Part shown: one piece after another, positions 6,745-11,480 of the stretch
Numbering within the stretch: the stretch's first letter is position 1
Layout: each line of letters starts with the position of its first letter
From: an uncultured bacterium
GTDB taxonomy: Bacteria > Lernaellota > Lernaellaia > Lernaellales > Lernaellaceae
Length of the DNA stretch: 11,480 bases
Assembly (NCBI GenBank): GCA_964534375.1
Contig: CAZHPN010000186.1
Location: 1-11,480, forward strand
Reading direction: 5' to 3'
The notes under the pieces: model-generated
What the model was told of the DNA's origin: nothing
Seen by the model: only the letters and a program-made list of their open reading frames with translations
Database searches by the model: none
Made by a program: the position numbers and the translations under genes

Positions 6745-7776
6745 TTACTTTTTCGGCTTGCCTTCGAGCGTCTTGCAGCACCGAAATCCGAGGTGGTAAT
6801 TGGCGTGGCTGTCCGCCGCCATGACGCGCGTGCCGTGCCAGAACGGCGCCCGCCAGCGGCACCAGTCGTCGTGCGCGTGATACTGATCGAAAATGAACCA
6901 ACTGCCCTTCATCTCGGTGTACCCGAGTTCCTTGCTGCCGCGGCTGGCCATCTGACTTTCGTTGAGCGGCAAGTTCATGTGCTCGGCAGCGTTGCCGTTC
7001 AGATCGTAAACGCCCAGCGAGCTGTGGCAATCGGGAAACGAGCCGTCGGGAAACGTGTTGGAGCCGCAGCCGGTCCAACTGCCGCCGTTGCAGCCGGGCG
7101 TTTTGTGGCTGGACGCCCCGCAGATGCCGGTTTTGTAGGTCGGGCCGTAGCTCCACGATTTGGTCGCTTCCCACTTGCGGTTGTGCGCCGAGCGCATGGC
7201 GCGGATGGCCGATTCCGGGTCGCGGCCCTTCGCGAGGTCGAATCGGTAATCCGGCGGCAGCAGCGCCCCTGCGCACGCGCCTTCCCATTCGTGCGCGTCG
7301 CACATCCGTTTGCCGACCGCTTCGCAGATTTCCGCCGCTTCCCGCGCCTTCACCCAAATCACCGGATACGCGCACGGAATGTCCGGAAATTCGAATTGGT
7401 CGATGCACGCCGTCGCGTCTTCGGCCTTCTCGACGGCCGGATTGTAGAGCGGCGCCATGTATTTCGCGCCGCAGATTTTTTCGAAATCGGCGTTTTCATA
7501 CTTGGCGCCGGCCTTCTCGGCCTTTTCGCGGCATTCCTCGGGCGTCAGCGGGTGTTCCGTGACCGCCGGATTCCCCTGGCCCATGATCGGCGAGCCGGCG
7601 AAGATCCCGCGCACCGCCGTCATCTGGGCGTCGGTGTAACCGTGGATGGTCTTCAATTGGCCGAACAGCGTCTCGCGCTGGTCGGCGAGCGACTGGGCCG
7701 GCGCGGAGCGCGCCAGATGGACGCCGGCGACGACGCAAAGCAACGTCGCCAGCAACAGCACGGTCGTACGTTTCAT
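6745..7776 (-). CDS. Secreted Cys-rich FGE-sulfatase (SUMF1/EgtB/PvdO) fold protein, 343 aa
   Basis: ATG 7776 with SD GAAAGGA and an ATGA overlap with the upstream stop. Signal peptide MKRTTVLLLATLLCVVAG. Motifs CIDQFEFP, GKRMCDAHEWEGAC, GVYDLNGNAAE, KGSW and LGFRCC. Confidence 0.88.
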   Translation of the reverse strand: MKRTTVLLLATLLCVVAGVHLARSAPAQSLADQRETLFGQLKTIHGYTDAQMTAVRGIFAGSPIMGQGNPAVTEHPLTPEECREKAEKAGAKYENADFEKICGAKYMAPLYNPAVEKAEDATACIDQFEFPDIPCAYPVIWVKAREAAEICEAVGKRMCDAHEWEGACAGALLPPDYRFDLAKGRDPESAIRAMRSAHNRKWEATKSWSYGPTYKTGICGASSHKTPGCNGGSWTGCGSNTFPDGSFPDCHSSLGVYDLNGNAAEHMNLPLNESQMASRGSKELGYTEMKGSWFIFDQYHAHDDWCRWRAPFWHGTRVMAADSHANYHLGFRCCKTLEGKPKK

Positions 7777-9701
7777 TTGCTTGTCCTTTCCAGCACGTAA
7801 AAGAAGTCGCGCGCGTCGGAAAAACCGACGAACCGCGGCAGGATCGCCGACCCGGTTCCGGCCTTGTCCAGCACGTTCATCCCGGTGATCAGGTGCTTGA
7901 CCGCGAATTTCTTCCCCGACTCCGGATAGATCGCCAGGTAGGTGTACTCGAGGGCGTTCATGTCCAGCAGCATCGCATACTTGACGTCGTACGCCTGATA
8001 AACGCGCGCCAGGGCCGACGGCGTCGCGCTCGAAAAATAGCCGTAGATCAGGTAATTGGCTTCGCCGTTCACCTGCCACGCCAGCGAACCGCGCAACGTG
8101 CGATATTTCTTGTCTTGCGAGCCGGACCAGTTGCCGTCCGGCCAATTGTTGACCAGCGAGCCGACCGTCGAAAAGAAGGTCTTGGGATTGAAGTCGATGA
8201 TCGGCACGCCGTTTTGCCGCGCGTGGCGAACCTTGGCGAGTTCCTCGTTGTCCTCGGCCGTCCAGGTTTTCAATTCGATGCGGCCGTCTTCCCACGTGAC
8301 AAACGTCGCCAGGCCCGGCCAGAGCTTGCTCATGACCACGCCGTTTTCCACGAAACCATAGTGCGAGCCGTGGTTTTTCGCGGCGAAGGCGCCGTGGCGA
8401 AACGCGCCATGATAGCGTTTGAAGCCGCCGACGAACGTGGCCACGGCGCGGTCGGCGTTCACCGGGTTCAACATGCCGGTGTTGACGACCGGATCGGCCG
8501 TCGCGATGCCGTCGGGGCCGGGCAGTTTGTTGTTGTGCATGTTCGGCGGAATTCGGTCGGACCATTCCAATCGTGGGTGCTCGGTGCCCATTGCGTAACC
8601 GACGTCGAATTGGTCGAGGTCGAAGGCCACGAGGTAAACCAGGGCTTTTTCTTCGACCGCGTCGAGCGCCCGCACCAGCTTCTTCTGGCCCTTGATCACT
8701 TCTTCCGAAACCATCTCGGGCCGGATTGCGCTGAGATAAACGCCGGGCGTGCCGCTCACCTTGTACCAGCGGCCGGGCGTCAGCTTGTTGTCCTTCGCGT
8801 CCTCGAGCGGCAGGCCCAGCGCTTCGGGGACGATCGTCGCGCCCTGAAATTTGGGCGCGATCAGGGCCGGCGCCGGTTCGTCCTTCCACGCCGTATCGAC
8901 GGCCGGTTCGGGCGTTTCGTCGGTCAGCGCCACCTTGCCCATTTGGAGATAAGCGTCTTTATAAAACTTCTCGCGGATGAACGTGACGATTTTCTCGCCG
9001 TGCCAGACGTAGTCGCGCAGCAGGTCCGTCACCCATTCCTTGTTCGTCTTGTGGCCCTTGGTCTTGTTGCGCAGATACAGCCGATTGCCGCACAACGGCG
9101 CGTAGGGCGTACCCGCCGCCGCCGCCGCCGCGAGGCTGCCTTTCGCTTCGCCGGACCACAAGTCGCACGCCACGGGGCCGCCGCCGTTGACGATCACCAA
9201 GCCATAGGGATTTTCCGGATCGAGCTGGATGTGCTGTTTCTCGGGCCGCGCGTTCTCAATGTGGTAAACCCCGCCGTCTTGATGGTCGTTCCATTCCAGG
9301 CGCAGCAAGTGCCAGGCGTTGACCGTCGGGTTCAGGTTGATCAGGCCGGCGACGCCGGGGCGATGATTCTTGTCGTGGATTTTGGCGACGGTCAGGCGGC
9401 GAAATTGCTGCAGTTCGATGATGGTCTTCGGCGCGTCGGCATTGTACTGGTCGATCTGCACTTGCGGCGGCCATTCCTCCTCTTTCTCAGCAACGGGAGT
9501 CGGCGCTGCTGGGGCCGCGGCGGGCTCCGTCGCGGCGGCAAATTGATGGAGATGTTCGAAACCGGGCCAGGACATAGCGCGCGACGCGCGCTCGCCGAGA
9601 AAGAGCGGCACCCGCCAGCCGTTGCGGTCAAACCAAAAAATCGCAATCGACGCCGCCAGCAGGACCAGCAGCATCGCAAAGCGTAGGAACTTTCGCCACA
9701 T
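7773..9701 (-). CDS. Membrane-anchored extracytoplasmic protein, 642 aa; C-terminal domain resembles the phosphodiester glycosidase (NAGPA/DUF2233) family
   Basis: N-terminal TM/signal anchor and Pro/Ala linker. C-terminal GTEHP, ATFVGGFK, GLATFV, RQNGVPII, RTLRG and AMLLDMN parallel the NGGF / R.A.G / A..LD motifs of that family. The ORF is secure; the family is tentative. Confidence 0.7.
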   Translation of the reverse strand: MWRKFLRFAMLLVLLAASIAIFWFDRNGWRVPLFLGERASRAMSWPGFEHLHQFAAATEPAAAPAAPTPVAEKEEEWPPQVQIDQYNADAPKTIIELQQFRRLTVAKIHDKNHRPGVAGLINLNPTVNAWHLLRLEWNDHQDGGVYHIENARPEKQHIQLDPENPYGLVIVNGGGPVACDLWSGEAKGSLAAAAAAGTPYAPLCGNRLYLRNKTKGHKTNKEWVTDLLRDYVWHGEKIVTFIREKFYKDAYLQMGKVALTDETPEPAVDTAWKDEPAPALIAPKFQGATIVPEALGLPLEDAKDNKLTPGRWYKVSGTPGVYLSAIRPEMVSEEVIKGQKKLVRALDAVEEKALVYLVAFDLDQFDVGYAMGTEHPRLEWSDRIPPNMHNNKLPGPDGIATADPVVNTGMLNPVNADRAVATFVGGFKRYHGAFRHGAFAAKNHGSHYGFVENGVVMSKLWPGLATFVTWEDGRIELKTWTAEDNEELAKVRHARQNGVPIIDFNPKTFFSTVGSLVNNWPDGNWSGSQDKKYRTLRGSLAWQVNGEANYLIYGYFSSATPSALARVYQAYDVKYAMLLDMNALEYTYLAIYPESGKKFAVKHLITGMNVLDKAGTGSAILPRFVGFSDARDFFYVLERTSK

Positions 9702-9781
9702 GGTCGCTTGTCGCCCCGGACAATTTGCACGGGCCGCCGCCTTTTTTCAGGCTCGCGCCGGCAACCGTGCGCCAATTCGCG

Positions 9782-9810
9782 AGGATAGTAGCACAATCGG
9801 TTGCGGTCAA
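9782..9810 (-). promoter_or_regulatory. Putative sigma70 promoter for the 9701-6745 operon
   Basis: TTGACC (9810-9805), 17 nt spacer, TATCCT (9787-9782), about 80 nt upstream of ATG 9701. Confidence 0.6.
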
Positions 9811-9901
9811 TTACGTTTCTTTCGCCACATGTTGTATTTTTCGCCGCGGCCCCGTGCGGTTTTCGGCCGGCGAGGCCGGCCTGGGCCGGCGGAAAAACCT
9901 G

Positions 9902-9931
9902 TTGCCAAACCGGACGCATTCATGGTAGCAA
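9902..9931 (+). promoter_or_regulatory. Possible promoter for tRNA-Trp
   Basis: TTGCCA (9902-9907), 18 nt spacer ending in TGg, TAGCAA (9926-9931), 17 nt before the tRNA. Confidence 0.4.
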
Positions 9932-9948
9932 TAACCGCTTTTTGGCAT

Positions 9949-10021
9949 GCGGGTGTAGCTCAACTGGCAGAGCACCGGTCTCCAAAACCGGGGGTTGGGA
10001 GTTCGATTCTCTCCACCCGTG
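9949..10021 (+). tRNA. tRNA-Trp (anticodon CCA), 3' CCA not encoded
   Basis: Cloverleaf: acceptor GCGGGTG/CACCCGT, D-arm GCTC-AACTGGCA-GAGC, anticodon arm CCGGT-CTCCAAA-ACCGG, T-arm GGGAG-TTCGATT-CTCTC, discriminator G73. Confidence 0.97.
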
Positions 10022-10028
10022 CGATTGC

Positions 10029-10068
10029 AAGGCCCTGAAATCACATAAGATTCAGGGCTTTTGTTTTT
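10029..10068 (+). terminator. Intrinsic terminator after tRNA-Trp
   Basis: GCCCTGAA(A)TC...GATTCAGGGC stem followed by TTTTGTTTTT. Confidence 0.75.
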
Positions 10069-10113
10069 CCTGGATAACTGTTGTGAAATACGAGACATTT
10101 CGTTGAGCGTCGC

Positions 10114-11480
10114 ATGAACAAAATCCTCGCCGCTCCTTCTCCCACTCGGCGACGATTCCCGGAATTTGTTCTCTGGCTCACGCTTGGTGCATTGTGGTTG
10201 ACCGTCTTCGGGTTGCGATTTTTCGAGCGCGGCGGCGCCTTCAACGCCGACACGGGCATGTACGCCACCGGCCTGGCGGACGGCCTCGCCTCGTCATCCT
10301 GGAATTATGCGTTTGGCGGCACGACGGGCACATTGGTCTTCGGCGTTCTGTTGCTCCCGATTTATTTGTTGTTCGGTTCCTCCCTATTATGGATTAAATT
10401 GCTGGGCGGCTGTTTTGTCGCCGCCGGGTGCGGCCTATGGGCCGCGTCCATCCGGCGCGCCTGGGGACTGCAAGCCGCCGTCATCTTCTTCGTCTGGACG
10501 ATGTTCCCGCCGCCGTTTCTGGAATGGAATTATCATCAGGTCTGGGCGAATCACACGGAAAGCCTTTTCTTCTCGGGTCTGTTGCTATTTCTGTTTGCCC
10601 GTTTGCCGTCCGCGCCGCCGCGCTTCGCCAATTCTCTGGTTCTCGGGTTCGCGGCCGGTTTCGCCGCGTTCTTTTACGCGGAAAATCTGCTGCTGTCGGC
10701 GGCGATCGCGATCGTCGTCGTCTGGCGGTGGCGCGGCCCGGGTCTGCGGCGGCTGCTCGGACCGGCGACCGCCGGCTTCCTGGCCGGCTTCTCCCCCACT
10801 TTCTTCGCACTCGCCTCGCGAGCCTCCGCCGGCGTTGCTGTCCGCCGCGACTTTTACGTCCATTGTTGGCGCAAATGGTCCGATCTCTTGCTGCATGTTT
10901 TCCCGCGCGCCGCCGGTTACCCGGGCGTCGTCGGCGCCGCGTTGTCGATCGTCTGGGCCGCGGCGGTCCTGTTCGGGGTGGCGTGGGCGGTTCGCGATAT
11001 GGCGGGCGGCGATGGCGGCGCGGACCAGAAAGATTGGTTGTCGCGCATCCTCCTATTGCATTTTGCGTTCTTTACGGCCGCCTACGGGTTCATCGAAGTG
11101 GAAGTGGCGGCGGCGGATGACTTCGTCGCCGACGGGCAGTTGTACTTTCTCCTCGTGCGCTATTTGGCCGCGATTTCGTTCACGATGTTGGCCTTGGTCG
11201 TAAATCCTTGGCGGCGGCGCGTCCCCTGGAATTGGCTGATCGCGATCCCCTTCCTCGCGGGCGGCTTCGTCAACGTCGCGGAGCGCATTCACGACACGCC
11301 CGGGCCGGCGAGCGAACGGCTGCGCGAAATGCGGGCCGCCCGCGGCGACGATTATCACGAATATGTCTATGATAAGTTTCGCGCCGGTTGGAAAAGCGAC
11401 CGCGACGGCTTCGCGGCCGTCCCGAAACTGCCGCGGCGCTGGCGCGGCGAAGGGTATGCGAGTCTCGCCCTATGGCTGTA
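10114..11480 (+). CDS. Polytopic membrane protein, probable GT-C (ArnT/PMT-like); 3'-partial
   Basis: Absent from the ORF track because it runs off the window. Open from ATG 10114: MNKILAAPSPTRRRFPEFVLWLTLGALWLTVFGLRFFERGGAFNADTGMYA... About 10 or more TM segments, an Asp in the first loop (NAD), LFGSS..WIKL, WANHTES, LGF..GFA.F.Y and a late RYL. No clear SD, so the start is uncertain. Confidence 0.7.
   Translation, partial: MNKILAAPSPTRRRFPEFVLWLTLGALWLTVFGLRFFERGGAFNADTGMYATGLADGLASSSWNYAFGGTTGTLVFGVLLLPIYLLFGSSLLWIKLLGGCFVAAGCGLWAASIRRAWGLQAAVIFFVWTMFPPPFLEWNYHQVWANHTESLFFSGLLLFLFARLPSAPPRFANSLVLGFAAGFAAFFYAENLLLSAAIAIVVVWRWRGPGLRRLLGPATAGFLAGFSPTFFALASRASAGVAVRRDFYVHCWRKWSDLLLHVFPRAAGYPGVVGAALSIVWAAAVLFGVAWAVRDMAGGDGGADQKDWLSRILLLHFAFFTAAYGFIEVEVAAADDFVADGQLYFLLVRYLAAISFTMLALVVNPWRRRVPWNWLIAIPFLAGGFVNVAERIHDTPGPASERLREMRAARGDDYHEYVYDKFRAGWKSDRDGFAAVPKLPRRWRGEGYASLALWL

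Noticed and set aside
6329..6799. 156 aa plus-strand ORF
   Set aside because: Antisense to the transposase fragment, crosses both IS ends and overlaps both flanking genes.
6745..7000. FGE-type C-lectin fold as a diversity-generating retroelement target
   Set aside because: No reverse transcriptase and no second copy (template repeat) of the 3' region in the window.
7777..8889. N-terminal extension of the 714 aa ORF
   Set aside because: Off-frame overlap with the 642 aa gene. The signal peptide and SD place the start at 7776.
9113..9131. (GCC)n run as a phase-variable repeat
   Set aside because: In-frame poly-Ala codons, ordinary in high-GC genes.
2990..9686. Long antisense ORFs 2990-4798, 4729-6120, 6793-7800, 7893-9686
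   Set aside because: They mirror well-supported genes on the opposite strand and show no recognisable motifs.
6349..10021. Genomic island bounded by the IS remnant and the tRNA
   Set aside because: The block lies 5' of the tRNA, and there is no integrase or att duplication. Its somewhat lower GC is explicable by soluble Lys/Asn-rich proteins.
1..11480. CRISPR array, anti-phage defence system or toxin-antitoxin pair
   Set aside because: No spaced direct repeats and no nuclease, RT or toxin motifs seen. Some dynamin-like proteins are anti-phage, but the context here points to stress response.

Overview
High-GC bacterial chromosomal window. Left: a minus-strand operon under a fluoride (crcB) riboswitch, encoding a CPA-family cation:proton antiporter, a universal stress protein and a bacterial dynamin-like GTPase. 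The riboswitch has a readable three-strand translational relay and a G-C swap at a normally A-U tertiary pair. The dynamin gene appears to switch abruptly into unrelated lipoprotein-like sequence at about position 125. Middle: a divergent pair (multi-TM GT-C-like membrane protein and COG2509-type FAD oxidoreductase), then a ~365 bp IS1634-family remnant with inverted ends. Right: a translationally coupled minus-strand pair (membrane-anchored phosphodiester-glycosidase-like protein and a secreted Cys-rich FGE/SUMF1-fold protein), a stand-alone tRNA-Trp(CCA) with a terminator, and a second GT-C-like membrane protein running off the window. All family assignments are by motif recognition; no database searches were run.
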